A DNA stretch of 64,000 nucleotides from an uncultured Verrucomicrobiota bacterium (GTDB taxonomy: Bacteria; Verrucomicrobiota; Verrucomicrobiia; JABWAM01), in the NCBI GenBank assembly GCA_964475835.1, contig CAYYYL010000002.1, forward strand, positions 49,910-113,909, written 5' to 3'. How positions within the stretch are numbered: the stretch's first letter is position 1; every line of letters begins with the position of its first letter. A program made the position numbers and the translations under genes. A model generated the notes under the pieces. That model had not been told where the DNA came from, ran no database searches, and saw nothing but the letters and a program-made list of their open reading frames with translations. This document shows, piece after piece, positions 1 through 10,811 of the stretch.

Positions 1-383
1 AGGGCTTGTTTCCAGGCTTCAAGGCCGGGAAATGCCGGAAGCACGGAGGGATGGATGTTGATGACACGGTTTTCGAATTCGGAAAGGAAGGGGGCTTTTA
101 AAATCCGCATGAACCCTGCGAGAACCACGAGATCCACCTTGGCATCCTTGAGCGCTTGCACGTATTCGCGCTCGATTTCCGGTTCCAGTTTGGTCCGAAA
201 CTTTCCAGGGGGGATGTGGCGTGCTGGAAATTGATGTTCCCGGGCGAGATCAAGGATTCCGGCTTCTGCCACGTCCGAGATGACGATGGGAATTTCGACC
301 TTCAAGAGGCCCTGTTGAACGGCGTCTGCGATCGCCGCGAAGTTGGATCCTTTGCCGGATCCTAGAATGCCAATGCGTTTCAT
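1..383 (-). CDS. purN: Phosphoribosylglycinamide formyltransferase (PurN). The C-terminus is cut by the window edge. The N-terminus reads MKRIGILGSGKGSNFAAIADAV...
   Basis: I translated the minus strand from the ATG at 383. The GILGSGKGSN nucleotide-binding start and the HPSVLPAF motif are typical of PurN (GAR transformylase). The gene is absent from the ORF track because its stop lies outside the window. Confidence 0.75.
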   Translation of the reverse strand, partial: MKRIGILGSGKGSNFAAIADAVQQGLLKVEIPIVISDVAEAGILDLAREHQFPARHIPPGKFRTKLEPEIEREYVQALKDAKVDLVVLAGFMRILKAPFLSEFENRVINIHPSVLPAFPGLEAWKQA

Positions 384-395
384 GGTCGGATGAGC

Positions 396-893
396 TTATG
401 ATTTAAGCCGTTTCAAAGTGTTGGTGGTGGAATAGCCCCGCCATATGGGCAGAAGGGCGATTTTTCCACCTCCCGCCTCCACCGCACTGCGCTCCTCGGG
501 ATTTAGGGTGTCCAGTTTGTAGTCGCCGCCCTTGACGTAGATTTCCGGTTTCAAGCGGCGGAGAATGGGGGTGGCGCGTTTGGTGCCAAAGATTACGACA
601 AAATCCACGCATCCGAGGCCCGCAAGTACGCGGGCGCGGCTTTGTTGGTTGTTCACAGGGCGTCCACGGCCCTTAAGCTCGCGGACGGAGCGATCCGAAT
701 TGAGTCCTACGACAAGACAGTCTCCGCAGGATTTCGCGGCTTCCAAATAATTCACATGTCCGACATGGAGGATGTCGAAACATCCATTGGTGAATACGAT
801 TTTTTGTTTGTGATGACGGAGTTGGGCGAGGGTTCGTTCAAGGTGGGAAAGGCGAACGACTTTTCTGGCAGAACTGTTTTTGGATGTTCTCAC
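396..893 (-). CDS. rfaE: D-glycero-beta-D-manno-heptose 1-phosphate adenylyltransferase (RfaE domain II / HldE cytidylyltransferase-like)
   Basis: 165-aa ORF with the IVFTNGCFDILHVGHVNYLEAAK nucleotidyltransferase (HxGH) motif characteristic of RfaE/HldE domain II. Confidence 0.8.
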   Translation of the reverse strand: MRTSKNSSARKVVRLSHLERTLAQLRHHKQKIVFTNGCFDILHVGHVNYLEAAKSCGDCLVVGLNSDRSVRELKGRGRPVNNQQSRARVLAGLGCVDFVVIFGTKRATPILRRLKPEIYVKGGDYKLDTLNPEERSAVEAGGGKIALLPIWRGYSTTNTLKRLKS

Positions 894-915
894 AGGGGAG
901 TAATTTTCTTAATCC

Positions 916-1455
916 TCAATTGTTTGAGTAACGGGGTGTGGATTTGAGGGGGGATTCGTTTTTTCTTGTCCTGGCCCGCGTTTCAGCATGGGGCGGGGCG
1001 TTGGAAAAATGTTCCTGAAGGGCCTTTGTGCGATGGGTGAAGATTCGGTGAATCCAGGGGCGGAAAAAGAGGCGATTGATCCATTTCCCGAGAAATCCCA
1101 TGGGAAGATGGTAGAGGACACACTCGGTGATTCGGGTTTGATTGGGGGCCAGGGCTTCAAAATAGTAGTCATGCTCCCATGACCGAAGGAAGCTTCGCTG
1201 CCACATGTAGGCGATGTGTCGTTTGGGACTGAAGGAGTGAACATACGACTTCCATTCCACGGGAATCCCCAGGATGCGTGCTTGAAAGTGTATGGAGGAT
1301 CCCTGGGTCAGGTGTCGGGAGGTTCGATGGATGATCTGGAGGTTGAGGGATGGGGGAAGGACTCCAGCAATCTGGTCGGTATCGGTAAAATAGTGGAACA
1401 CCTTGTCAACGGGACCATGGAGAACTATTTTTTCGGTGTAGCTGCACAGCGACAT
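916..1455 (-). CDS. SRPBCC (START/polyketide-cyclase-like) family protein
   Basis: 179-aa ORF with an SRPBCC-like composition (VLHGPVDKVFHYFTD...). No signal peptide. The assignment rests on family resemblance only. Confidence 0.45.
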   Translation of the reverse strand: MSLCSYTEKIVLHGPVDKVFHYFTDTDQIAGVLPPSLNLQIIHRTSRHLTQGSSIHFQARILGIPVEWKSYVHSFSPKRHIAYMWQRSFLRSWEHDYYFEALAPNQTRITECVLYHLPMGFLGKWINRLFFRPWIHRIFTHRTKALQEHFSNAPPHAETRARTRKNESPLKSTPRYSNN

Positions 1456-1510
1456 AAAGAGTTGAGAACGTTATGGTAAAAGACTACAGATTTCCAAGGA
1501 AAGATTTTTT

Positions 1511-2185
1511 ATGCCTGAAGTGGTGATCGCCCCCTCAATCCTTGCAGCCGACTTTGCCCGCTTTGGCGAGGAGGCCAAACGCACGGAATCGGCCGGTGCG
1601 GACTGGCTTCATGTGGATGTCATGGACGGCCATTTCGTTCCAAACATCAGTTTTGGACCGGCGGTTACTGCGGCACTCCATCGTTCAACAAAACTCCCCC
1701 TGGATGTGCATCTCATGATTGAGCGTCCGGATCTTTATCTCGATGCCTTCGTCAAGGCGGGGGCCTATTGCATCAGTGTGCATGTGGAAGCTAAGCATCC
1801 CGTTCGCGACACGCTCGCCCGCATCAGGCGGGCCGGGTGCCGTTGTGGAATCGCTTTTAACCCCGCCACGCCCACGGCTAGCGTTGAGAATTTTCTTGGG
1901 GATGTCGATCTGGTGCTCTGCATGACTGTGGTGCCTGGATTCGGAGGGCAGGCATTCATGCCTGAAGTTTTGTCGAAGGTGAAATCCCTTGCCTCGCACC
2001 CGGCCAGGTTGAAAAATCGGTACCAAATTGAAGTGGATGGTGGAATAGATGAAGAAACCGCAGCTTTAAGCGCGGAAGCCGGAGCCGATGTGTTTGTGGC
2101 GGGAACCTCCCTCTATAAGGCCTCCGATCTCACCCGGGCTATTTCTTCGATGCGCGAACGCGCGGCAGCCGAGCTTGTTGATTAA
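1511..2185 (+). CDS. rpe: Ribulose-phosphate 3-epimerase
   Basis: 224-aa protein with full-length Rpe signatures: SILAADF, HVDVMDGHFVPN, and DGGI near the C-terminus. Confidence 0.92.
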   Translation: MPEVVIAPSILAADFARFGEEAKRTESAGADWLHVDVMDGHFVPNISFGPAVTAALHRSTKLPLDVHLMIERPDLYLDAFVKAGAYCISVHVEAKHPVRDTLARIRRAGCRCGIAFNPATPTASVENFLGDVDLVLCMTVVPGFGGQAFMPEVLSKVKSLASHPARLKNRYQIEVDGGIDEETAALSAEAGADVFVAGTSLYKASDLTRAISSMRERAAAELVD

Positions 2186-2205
2186 TTCCGTATTTCTACA
2201 TAAGA

Positions 2206-3093
2206 ATGTTTCTCATTATTGATTTTTTGAATGTTGCGTACCGGTCGTTTTATGCGATTCGTGAGTTGTCGACATCAAAAGGGGTTCCCACCAATGCGGT
2301 TTATGGATTTATCCAGTGCATGCGCCGGTGGATGGCGGAGGTGAAGCCTTCTCACTTGGCGATCGTATTCGATGCGGAGACGCCCCAGCGTCGTCTCGAC
2401 CTGCTGCCGGAATACAAATCCACGCGCCCACCGACTCCGGAGTCCTTGATTCCCCAGCTTGCAAGATTATCGAAGTTGATGCCCATGCTTGGTTGGCCGA
2501 CGGCATTTGATTCACTTGAGGAGGCGGATGATCTAGCAGCGGGGATCGCGCTAAAAGCGGCGAACTTGGGGCATGAGGTTCGCATCGGGTCCAACGACAA
2601 GGATTTCTTTCAGATTGTAAGTCCGCGCATCAAGGTTTTGCGGAGCACCCCCAAGGAAACGGTTTTGGCGGATGAGGCGTGGGTGAAGGCGCGTTGGGGA
2701 ATTGACCCCTTGCAAATGGCGGATTTTTTATCACTCCAGGGCGACGCTGTGGACAATATTCCTGGAGCCCCGGGGGTGGGGGAAAAAACGGCGGCTGATT
2801 TGATCCAGCGATTTGGTTCCGTGGAGGGGGTGCTTGCCTCCATGGATCAGATCACCAAGCCAAAATTGAAGGAATCCCTTCAATCCCATGCGGATGCGCT
2901 TCGCCGAAACCTGAAATTGATCCGATTAAATCCTGATACCAGGGTTCCTCCTTTGGATGATTTTCGCTTGAAACCGCCGCAGTATGACCTTTTATTACCT
3001 GAACTGGCGGAATTGGAGTTCAAAGGCTTGTTGGCCCTGTACACCAAGGAAAGCGAAAAAACATCCGACTCGCGACAGGCCATGCTTTTTTAG
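2206..3093 (+). CDS. Stand-alone 5'-3' exonuclease (Pol I N-terminal-domain-like, FEN family)
   Basis: 295 aa with the LIIDFLNVAYRSFYA start, NAVYGF, and a helix-hairpin-helix region (GIPGAPGVGEKTA), typical of 5'-3' exonucleases. Confidence 0.8.
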   Translation: MFLIIDFLNVAYRSFYAIRELSTSKGVPTNAVYGFIQCMRRWMAEVKPSHLAIVFDAETPQRRLDLLPEYKSTRPPTPESLIPQLARLSKLMPMLGWPTAFDSLEEADDLAAGIALKAANLGHEVRIGSNDKDFFQIVSPRIKVLRSTPKETVLADEAWVKARWGIDPLQMADFLSLQGDAVDNIPGAPGVGEKTAADLIQRFGSVEGVLASMDQITKPKLKESLQSHADALRRNLKLIRLNPDTRVPPLDDFRLKPPQYDLLLPELAELEFKGLLALYTKESEKTSDSRQAMLF

Positions 3094-3143
3094 CAGTTGC
3101 TGCACCGCGTCTCATCCGCCGAGCCAACCCTGCTGTTGCCATT

Positions 3144-3734
3144 TTGTTCATGCTGCCATCCAACGCTATTTGCCTCACTGGTGGGATTGCCACGGGAAAG
3201 ACCCGTGTGGCGGAGTGGTTGCGTCGGAAGCGATGGGCCGTGATTGATACAGACCAGATTGTTCATGAGCTTTATGCCCCTGGGCAGGACCTTCCCCCAC
3301 TTATCGAAAAGGAGTTTGGAAAAGAAGCTCGCGGTGCGGATGGAAGTGTGGATCGAAAGGCTCTTGGGCGGATCGTTTTTGAGAATCCCCAGGCATTGGA
3401 GAAACTAAATAAAATCGTTCATCCGCGGGTGCGCGAACGATGGATGTCGCTTGCCATTGTGGCTTCCTCCCAGTCCTCCCGGGTGATTGTGGTCATTCCA
3501 CTGGCCTATGAGACGAATGCTCAAAGGGAGTTTGCCGCCACATGGGTTGTAGCCTGTTCCGGAGCCCATCAGCGATCACGATTGAAGAAACGAGGGTTTA
3601 ACGATCGTGAAGTGGAGCATCGCATTTCCTCCCAGTGGCCTCTTCAACAGAAAATCGACCTGGCGGACCGGGTGATCTGGAACGATCACGCATGGAACCT
3701 TGTCGAACAACAAATGACCCTATTGGTGGATTGA
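3144..3734 (+). CDS. coaE: Dephospho-CoA kinase
   Basis: 196 aa with the P-loop LTGGIATGKT followed by VIDTD and a CoaE-like layout. Confidence 0.85.
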   Translation: MFMLPSNAICLTGGIATGKTRVAEWLRRKRWAVIDTDQIVHELYAPGQDLPPLIEKEFGKEARGADGSVDRKALGRIVFENPQALEKLNKIVHPRVRERWMSLAIVASSQSSRVIVVIPLAYETNAQREFAATWVVACSGAHQRSRLKKRGFNDREVEHRISSQWPLQQKIDLADRVIWNDHAWNLVEQQMTLLVD

Positions 3735-3735
3735 T

Positions 3736-5160
3736 ATGTCTGAACAACAACCCTCTATTCCTCCCTCGCCAAAACCGGAGTCGAATTCCTCCAGTGCTCC
3801 TTATCAGGGTAAACCCGATCGCCATGGGGGACGAAGGGGGCACCATCGTGGGCGTTGGCGTCGATTCCGTCCGCACCGGGAAGAAATTCGTCAGGAGCCA
3901 CCCCCGGAATCCCTCAATCTCGCGGACTGGATGGATCTTGCGCCCGAAGTGTTGGAAGCCAGGGCGAGGGAAAATGGATTGGAGTTGAAATCGGGAATTT
4001 CGATGGAGCAATTGCCCCGGGAATTGGTGCGTGCGCAGGCTGCCAAACTCGCTTTGATCATGGTGGAGGGAACGCTTGAATTGGGAAAGGGAGGAGGGGG
4101 ATTCCTTCGGTCCAGCGAAGTGAGCTATCAGTCACGCCCGGTGGACCCTTATGTTTCTCCCCCTTTGATCAAGCGGTTTGCACTTTTGCCGGGGGATTTT
4201 GTAAGCGGACTTGCCCGACCTCCCCGGGATCGGGAGCGTGGACCGAACTTGTTGAATGTCGACCTGATCTGGAATCAACCTCCCCAACGGATTCAGGGAC
4301 GGAAGGCGTATGATGAACTCACACCCCTCTTTCCTCAAAAGCGTCTGGTTCTGGAAAATGGCCCGGCTTCCGTCAGTATGCGTGCCCTGGACCTGTTGGC
4401 TCCCTTGGGTCGGGGGCAGCGCGCCTTGATCGTGGCCCCCCCCAGGGCTGGGAAAACCATTCTACTCCAACAGGTGGCGGAGAGCATTGAAGCCAATGAT
4501 CCGGATGTAACGGTTATCGTCCTCCTTCTCGATGAACGCCCTGAGGAGGTTCACAACATGAAGCGGGTGGTGAAGGGTGAGGTCGTCGCAAGCACCTTTG
4601 ATGAAACCGTGGACCGGCATGTGCGCGTTGCGGATCTTGTGATGGAAAAAGCCCACCGGCTTGTCGAAAACGGACGTCATGTGGTGGTTCTGATGGATTC
4701 CTTGACCCGCCTTGCCCGAGCGTGCAACGCCCTTTCCCCCTCCCGCGGGAAATTGATGTCGGGAGGCGTGGAATCGGGAGCCCTGGCAAAACCCCGGAAA
4801 TTTTTCAGCGCAGCTCGGAATACGGAGGAGGGTGGGAGTCTTACCATTGTAGCCACGGTCCTCGTCGAAACAGGAAGCCGGATGGATGACATGATTTTTG
4901 AGGAGTTCAAGGGGACGGGCAATATGGAGGTCTACCTTAGTCGCGATCTCCAGGAGCGGCGGATCTATCCTGCCATTCATATCGAAAAAAGCGGGACCCG
5001 CCGGGAAGACCTCCTGTATCATCCCGATGAGTTGATCCGAATTCAGGCTTTGCGTCGTGCTTTATCCGAGCACCCCCCCTTGGAAGCCATGGAAGAATTG
5101 ATCGGACAGCTCAAGGCAACAGGGTCAAATGCCGAGCTCCTCATGCGATTAAAACTTTGA
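3736..5160 (+). CDS. rho: Transcription termination factor Rho (with an N-terminal basic/low-complexity extension)
   Basis: 474 aa. The Rho ATPase core is conserved: the Walker A APPRAGKT motif, the [11 protein letters not shown]-loop region, and the C-terminal RREDLL. The start is 2 bp after the coaE stop, so the two genes are probably co-transcribed. Confidence 0.95.
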   Translation: MSEQQPSIPPSPKPESNSSSAPYQGKPDRHGGRRGHHRGRWRRFRPHREEIRQEPPPESLNLADWMDLAPEVLEARARENGLELKSGISMEQLPRELVRAQAAKLALIMVEGTLELGKGGGGFLRSSEVSYQSRPVDPYVSPPLIKRFALLPGDFVSGLARPPRDRERGPNLLNVDLIWNQPPQRIQGRKAYDELTPLFPQKRLVLENGPASVSMRALDLLAPLGRGQRALIVAPPRAGKTILLQQVAESIEANDPDVTVIVLLLDERPEEVHNMKRVVKGEVVASTFDETVDRHVRVADLVMEKAHRLVENGRHVVVLMDSLTRLARACNALSPSRGKLMSGGVESGALAKPRKFFSAARNTEEGGSLTIVATVLVETGSRMDDMIFEEFKGTGNMEVYLSRDLQERRIYPAIHIEKSGTRREDLLYHPDELIRIQALRRALSEHPPLEAMEELIGQLKATGSNAELLMRLKL

Positions 5161-5372
5161 CTGGTGAGGACTGAAGACGTTGAGTTTTAAAGTGTAAGCA
5201 CTTACATTGCTTGCATTTTTCCGCTTGTCACCGAAATTAAATAAGCCAAAAGAATCTCATTTTTCCCCATCCGAAAGGAAACGCTCGCCCGGGAAAATCA
5301 ATTTTTGGGTTTTTTTCAGGAAAGGGTTTGCAGCGGTTATTTCGGGCCATAAAAAGCCGATCTTAAATAAGG

Positions 5373-6159
5373 ATGAGGCTGCTTTTTTCAAAGACCTTTT
5401 TCTTGGGATTCTTTTTTGCAAGGGGTTCATTCCTTCGGGTGAAACCTTTGGGTGCATTTACCCTGGTGGAGGTTCTCGTCGTGGTGGCGATTGTCATGGT
5501 GCTTACCAGTTTTCTGATGCCCGCTTTAAATCGGGCAAGGGAGAGCGGGCGTGGAGTGGTGTGTATGTCCAATTTGCGGCAACTGGGTCTTGCGTTTGAG
5601 CTTTATGGAGAAGAATACGGGCGATATCCCTATGGGCAGGAGATCAACATTTTCACTGGCTTAAAAAACGGCAAGGCGTCTGCCTGGCATGTACGGCTTG
5701 CGCCGTTCCTTGAAAAGGTAAACTATAATTATGCCGGTGGATTCACCGGTCAAACCTTTGTCATGAGCTGTCCCACCGCACTTGCAGCTGGAATAGGAGT
5801 TCCGGGTGCTTGGCAATACTCCTCCAATCCCCAACTTCTCAATACAGATGAGATATCAGAGTTTAATGAGAGCAGTTGCAATTGCACTTTTCCCCGAACC
5901 TTCCGTACCTTGAGCGAACGGGTGTTCAGGTGGATCGACGTATTGGGCGCACCAGTATAATGTGGATGATCCTGCGGATGGTGTAGCGGATCCAGGAGAT
6001 AACACCGACACTGTGGATAATTGGAAAAGGATTCGCTGGCGGCATGCGGGTGATCAACGGGCCAACATTCTGTTTTTGGACGGACATGTGGAGTCGATGA
6101 AAAAAGAGGGGCTTCGATACAAGCACTTCCAGCTATCCGAAGGCTGTATTCTGCCCTGA
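5373..6159 (+). pseudogene. Prepilin-type N-terminal cleavage/methylation-domain protein (DUF1559-like, H-X9-DG class), split across two reading frames by a frameshift at about 5914-5960
   Basis: Frame 0 (5373..5960) encodes the prepilin leader and hydrophobic helix GAFTLVEVLVVVAIVMVL plus the body. Frame +1 is open from 5914 and, through 5962..6159, encodes the family's C-terminal motif ...NILFLDGHVESM. A 1-nt indel would restore a single ~262-aa protein. Confidence 0.5.
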
Positions 6160-6192
6160 CACCCTGCTAGCAGCTTTTTGAGAGGAAGAAGA

Positions 6193-6999
6193 TCAGGACG
6201 GCACTCTGCCATTCCAATCGCGTCTGGGGAATAAATTGTAGAGGTCAACCTCGATTAAATAAACGAGTGGATTTTTGCGGCGCAGGATTTCTCGTCGTTC
6301 GACGTGGGCGTTGTACTGGCCCACCAGATAACTTTCCGAGGACATGTCCGCTCTTGGGGAAAGCTGATGGGTTTCCTTCAATTTTATGACGCCTTGTTTG
6401 TGCGTTTCAAATAATTGGGAGGATGTCGCTTCGGGAATACTTTTTAAAAACGTCTGGGGACGCCGCATCGCGTAGCTGATTCCATTCATAACTCGGTTGG
6501 TGGTCGATAAAACCACATCCTTTTCAAAAAAGCTGAATATCACACATCCCATCGGAAACACTTTGGTTTTTTGGAAGAGTTGGTTGATTTCCACCACGCA
6601 ACGTTGCTCGGCATGGGCCATCAACCGCGCCATTCCTCCTGTCTTGGAAAAGTCCGTGGAAGTAGTGTAGTCGAGTAGAAATCTGAATCCGAGAGTTTCA
6701 AATTCACGGGTGAGCCTGTCAAATTCGGTCCGATTTAGCATGGGAAAGTTTTCAATTCCGGTGGAAAAAAATTCAAGTTCCACGGGGATGGCCTGCAGGA
6801 TCCGGGAGCGGATATGATAACAGGCGTAAATGATGGCGAAAAGGGCGCTAAAGGAGAGAAAAAGAATGGAAAACAGGTTCCACCTCGGACTTTCAAACGC
6901 AATTCGCACAATAAAATATGCGATCGACCCGCAAAGGACTCCGTAAAAAAGCGGAATGGTGAAGTAGCAGGTTCGCTTGACCATGACTCCATGAAGCAA
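6193..6999 (-). CDS. Hypothetical membrane protein (two N-terminal transmembrane helices plus a cytoplasmic domain of unknown function)
   Basis: 268-aa ORF with hydrophobic segments FTIPLFYGVLCGSIAYFIV and LFSILFLSFSALFAIIYA. Same strand as nadA and leuS and tightly spaced with them. Confidence 0.45.
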   Translation of the reverse strand: MLHGVMVKRTCYFTIPLFYGVLCGSIAYFIVRIAFESPRWNLFSILFLSFSALFAIIYACYHIRSRILQAIPVELEFFSTGIENFPMLNRTEFDRLTREFETLGFRFLLDYTTSTDFSKTGGMARLMAHAEQRCVVEINQLFQKTKVFPMGCVIFSFFEKDVVLSTTNRVMNGISYAMRRPQTFLKSIPEATSSQLFETHKQGVIKLKETHQLSPRADMSSESYLVGQYNAHVERREILRRKNPLVYLIEVDLYNLFPRRDWNGRVPS

Positions 7000-7031
7000 A
7001 AAGGAACGACCAGTTCAAGCTCCCCTTCAGA

Positions 7032-8045
7032 TTATGCTGTCAAATCGAGCATTCGCTGGATGGGGGGAAGGGCGTTTTTCCGGATGGACTCTTCAACGTT
7101 CACTTCAGGGGAAAGGGTTTCAAGGGCGTGGTGCACTTTTTCCAGGGTATTCATCTTCATGAAGCCGCAATCGTTGCAGGCGCAGGTGTCCGTGGGGCCG
7201 GCGATAAATGTCTTCCCGGGAATTTCCTTTCGCAGGCGGTGGAGCATTCCAGATTCGGTAACGATGATGAAAGTGTTCGCCCGACTTTCCCTGCAACACT
7301 TGATCATTCCCTCGGTGGAACAGACATGATCGGCAAGAAGCCGAACGGAGCGGGGGCATTCGGGGTGGGCCACCACGACGGCTCCCGGGTGTTGGGCTTT
7401 GAGTTTTTCGAGGCTTGCATGCGTAAACATCAGATGGACATGGCAGGCCCCGCGCCACAATTCCATGTTTCGTCCGGTTTTCTCCATCACCCATTGGCCG
7501 AGATTCTCGTCGGGCAGGAAAAGGATGGGACGATTCCTGGGAGCATGCTCCACCACCTTTACCGCATTTCCACTGGTGCAGATGATGTCGCATTGGGCCT
7601 TCACGGCTGCAGTACAATTGATGTAGGCAATGATGTAGGTGTCCGGGTGAGCCTCCCGATATTTTGCGAGTTCTAAGGCATCGCATGAATCTGCAAGCGA
7701 GCAACCTGCGTGCAAATCGGGGATCAAAACTTTTTTACTGGGATTTACGATTTTGGCCGTTTCCGCCATGAAATGGACCCCGCAGAAAAGGATCACATCT
7801 GCGGTGGTTTTCGACGCGCGATAGGAAAGGCCGAGGGAATCACCCACGTAGTCCGCCACGTCCTGGATGTCTGAGACCTGATAGTTGTGGGCCAGGATGA
7901 CGGCCTTTCGCCGTATCTTGAGTTCCACAATCTCCTTTTGGAGCTGACTTGTGAGCTCTGAACCTCTTCCTGGGCGGACATCGAGTCCATCCAGGGAGGA
8001 TGCTCCGAGAGGGGAAGTGTTGGAGGACCTGGTTGAAGTGGACAT
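7032..8045 (-). CDS. nadA: Quinolinate synthase A
   Basis: 337 aa with multiple conserved NadA blocks (ILAHNYQ, VHFMAET, HPEC, TESGM) and the cysteine ligands. Confidence 0.9.
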   Translation of the reverse strand: MSTSTRSSNTSPLGASSLDGLDVRPGRGSELTSQLQKEIVELKIRRKAVILAHNYQVSDIQDVADYVGDSLGLSYRASKTTADVILFCGVHFMAETAKIVNPSKKVLIPDLHAGCSLADSCDALELAKYREAHPDTYIIAYINCTAAVKAQCDIICTSGNAVKVVEHAPRNRPILFLPDENLGQWVMEKTGRNMELWRGACHVHLMFTHASLEKLKAQHPGAVVVAHPECPRSVRLLADHVCSTEGMIKCCRESRANTFIIVTESGMLHRLRKEIPGKTFIAGPTDTCACNDCGFMKMNTLEKVHHALETLSPEVNVEESIRKNALPPIQRMLDLTA

Positions 8046-8064
8046 GGGTCAATGATAGCAGATT

Positions 8065-10710
8065 TCAGCCAACGACCAGGTTCACAAGTTTCCCGGGAAC
8101 GATGATCCACTTTCGAATGGTCTTATCCTTGATGGAGTCCTGGACGCGTGGGAGCGCTTGAATCTTCTGACGGAGTGTCGCTTCGTCAAGTTCCCGGGGG
8201 ATGCGGAGTTTTTCCCGTAACTTGCCATTCACTTGCACGACCATTTCCACTTCGCTTTCCACGAGATGTCGCTCGTCGTAGGGGGGCCATGCCTCGTAGG
8301 CCAGGGTGTCCGTTCCTCCCGTTTTCTGCCAGAGTTCCTCTGCGAGATGGGGGGCAAAGGGTGCGAGGAGAAGGAGGAAGGGTTGAACGATGCGACGGGG
8401 ACGATTGTTCCACGTCATGGCTTCATTCACAAAGACCATCAAGGCAGATATGGCGGTGTTGAATGCCATGCCGTCGAGATCAAGGGTCACTTTTTTAATG
8501 GTCTTGTGCAGAGTGATCCATTGCGCTGCGGTGGGTTCAGCGTTGGAGATTAGGGGGTGCAATCGGATGTGGTCCATCGCGGAAGCAGCCTTGCCGGGAT
8601 CATTGCCAATCAGGGTGAGTTCCTGATCGAAGTCCTCAACACTCGATTCGTCTGTAAACAAGCGCCAGACACGACCGAGGAAACGATAGACTCCTTCCAC
8701 ACCGTCCATGCTCCAGGGTTTGGTTTGTTCAAGGGGTCCCATGAACATTTCATAAAGTCGCATGGCATCGGCGCCATATCCGGTGATCACGGTGTCCGGA
8801 TTGACAACATTTCCCCGGGATTTGGACATTTTTTGACCGTCCTCTCCGAGAATGAGCCCTTGATTGACAAGTTTGCAGAAAGGTTCCGGGGTTGGGACAT
8901 GTTTCAGGTCGTAAAGAACCTTGTGCCAGAAACGTGCGTAAAGGAGATGGAGCACGGCATGCTCGGTGCCGCCGACATAGAGATCGACGCCACCCGTTTT
9001 TTGATCCTGCCCCGCGGACAGCCAGTAGGTGGATTTTGCCTGGTCACAAAACATGGTGTTATTTTGTGGATCAAGATAGCGAAGATAGTACCAACAAGAT
9101 CCCGCCCACTGAGGCATGGTATTGAGTTCGCGTTGGGCTCCATCAGAAAGGCGAACCCAGTCACCCGCTTTGGAAAGCGGGGGTTCTGTGGTCCCTGTGG
9201 GTTTGAAATCGGCCAGTGCGGGCAATTCCAGCGGCAGATCGCTGTCGGACAGGGGGTGATGCTTCCCTTCTTTCCAAACGATGGGAAACGGTTCCCCCCA
9301 ATAACGCTGTCGGGAAAAAAGCCAATCACGAAGTTTATATTGAACCGTGGGGGTTCCGAGGCCCCGTTCGGAAAGCCATTCAGTGATTTTCTTTTTCGCA
9401 TCCGCCGTGGTAAGTCCGGTGATGGGGCCTGAGTTGATGCTGGTGCCATCGCCGGAGAAACACGTTTCACTGGGAGAACCCCCTTTGACGACCTGGATGA
9501 CCCTCAGGCCATATTTTTGGGCAAACTCAAAGTCCCGGTCATCGTGAGCTGGAACGGCCATGATAGCACCGGTTCCATATCCCATCATCACATAATCGGC
9601 GATCCAGATGGGAATGGCTTCATTGTTGACGGGATTGATGGCATAAGCGCCTGTAAAAATGCCTGTTTTATCTTTGGCCAACTGCCGGTCCTGGTCCGAC
9701 TTGGACGCGCAGCCCTTTTGGTAGGAAAGCACCGCGGTACGTTGGTCCTCGGTGATGATCTGATCCACAAGAGGGTGTTCGGGGGCGAGCACCATAAATG
9801 TCGCGCCAAAGAGCGTGTCGGGACGAGTTGTGAAAACTTCAACTTTGGACGTTGCCCCTTGAACCTTGAACTCCACTCTGGCTCCTTCGGAACGGCCAAT
9901 CCAGTTGCGCTGAAGCAATTTAATGCCCTCTGGCCAATCCACCAGATCAAGTTCGGAGATCAGTCGGTCCGCGAAACTGGTGATGCGTAGCATCCATTGG
10001 CGCATGGGGCGACGTTCTACGGGAAATCCGCCCACTTCACTCTTTCCATCCACAACCTCCTCATTGGCAAGAACCGTGCCGAGTTCGGGACACCAGTTCA
10101 CAGGGACTTCCGCGACATAGGCAAGACGGACCGAGTCCGGGTCCTTTCCCTTGTAGGTGTCGATGGGCTCGGCCCTCCGGGTTGCGGGGTTAAACCAGGA
10201 GTTGTAGATTTTGAGAAAAATCCATTGAGTCCAGTGGAAGTATTTGGGATCGGTGGTGTCGACTTCCCGTTCCCAGTCATAACTGAACCCGAGGGCTTGG
10301 ATTTGCCGTCGAAAGTTGGTAATGTTGGTTTCCGTGGTCAACCGTGGATGCTGTCCAGTTTTGATGGCGTACTGCTCGGCGGGAAGGCCGAAGGCATCCC
10401 ATCCCATGGGATGGAGTACGTGTCGCCCCCTCATTCGTTGATAGCGGGCGAGAATGTCCGTCGCGGTGTATCCTTCCGGATGTCCGACGTGAAGCCCGGC
10501 GCCCGAGGGATAGGGGAACATGTCGAGGATGTAGTACTTGGGAGCGTAAGGAGTGTCAGGAGTAGGAGCGTTGGCTTTGCCGTGACGCTTTCGAAATGGG
10601 TGATTTTCGGGCAGAGGGGTCCCCGGATCAAAGGCGCGAAACGTCCGGCCTTTCAGCCATGCCTTCTGCCACTTCGGTTCGATCAGATGAAACGGATATT
10701 GTTTGCGCAT
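8065..10710 (-). CDS. leuS: Leucine--tRNA ligase
   Basis: Class I aaRS with the [16 protein letters not shown] motif and KMSKS (QKMSKSRGN). The ORF track offers a TTG at 10725. The ATG at 10710 ([18 protein letters not shown]) fits the usual LeuS N-terminus better. Confidence 0.95.
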   Translation of the reverse strand: MRKQYPFHLIEPKWQKAWLKGRTFRAFDPGTPLPENHPFRKRHGKANAPTPDTPYAPKYYILDMFPYPSGAGLHVGHPEGYTATDILARYQRMRGRHVLHPMGWDAFGLPAEQYAIKTGQHPRLTTETNITNFRRQIQALGFSYDWEREVDTTDPKYFHWTQWIFLKIYNSWFNPATRRAEPIDTYKGKDPDSVRLAYVAEVPVNWCPELGTVLANEEVVDGKSEVGGFPVERRPMRQWMLRITSFADRLISELDLVDWPEGIKLLQRNWIGRSEGARVEFKVQGATSKVEVFTTRPDTLFGATFMVLAPEHPLVDQIITEDQRTAVLSYQKGCASKSDQDRQLAKDKTGIFTGAYAINPVNNEAIPIWIADYVMMGYGTGAIMAVPAHDDRDFEFAQKYGLRVIQVVKGGSPSETCFSGDGTSINSGPITGLTTADAKKKITEWLSERGLGTPTVQYKLRDWLFSRQRYWGEPFPIVWKEGKHHPLSDSDLPLELPALADFKPTGTTEPPLSKAGDWVRLSDGAQRELNTMPQWAGSCWYYLRYLDPQNNTMFCDQAKSTYWLSAGQDQKTGGVDLYVGGTEHAVLHLLYARFWHKVLYDLKHVPTPEPFCKLVNQGLILGEDGQKMSKSRGNVVNPDTVITGYGADAMRLYEMFMGPLEQTKPWSMDGVEGVYRFLGRVWRLFTDESSVEDFDQELTLIGNDPGKAASAMDHIRLHPLISNAEPTAAQWITLHKTIKKVTLDLDGMAFNTAISALMVFVNEAMTWNNRPRRIVQPFLLLLAPFAPHLAEELWQKTGGTDTLAYEAWPPYDERHLVESEVEMVVQVNGKLREKLRIPRELDEATLRQKIQALPRVQDSIKDKTIRKWIIVPGKLVNLVVG

Positions 10711-10811
10711 GAAAATGCTCCGCAAAGCTTTTTAAATCGGATGAAACAAAGCTTTTCAGGAGTTGTGACGATATTGTATTTTTTGGGGAGGATGCAAGTT
10801 CGATGAAGTTC

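Noticed and set aside
4462-5022. 186-aa ORF on the minus strand
   Set aside because: It lies inside rho, on the antisense strand.
5207-5599. 130-aa plus-strand ORF overlapping the prepilin gene start
   Set aside because: It is in an alternative frame of the intergenic region and the prepilin leader, and has no signal peptide or motif. The prepilin frame beginning at 5373 is the coherent one.
6160-6192. 10-bp perfect palindrome CTGCTAGCAG followed by CTTTTT, as a possible bidirectional terminator
   Set aside because: The stem is too short and GC-poor to be a convincing intrinsic terminator. It lies between convergent genes, but the evidence is insufficient.
8557-10806. 291-aa and 269-aa plus-strand ORFs (8557..9432 and 9997..10806)
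   Set aside because: Both lie antisense within leuS, whose HIGH and KMSKS motifs are on the minus strand.
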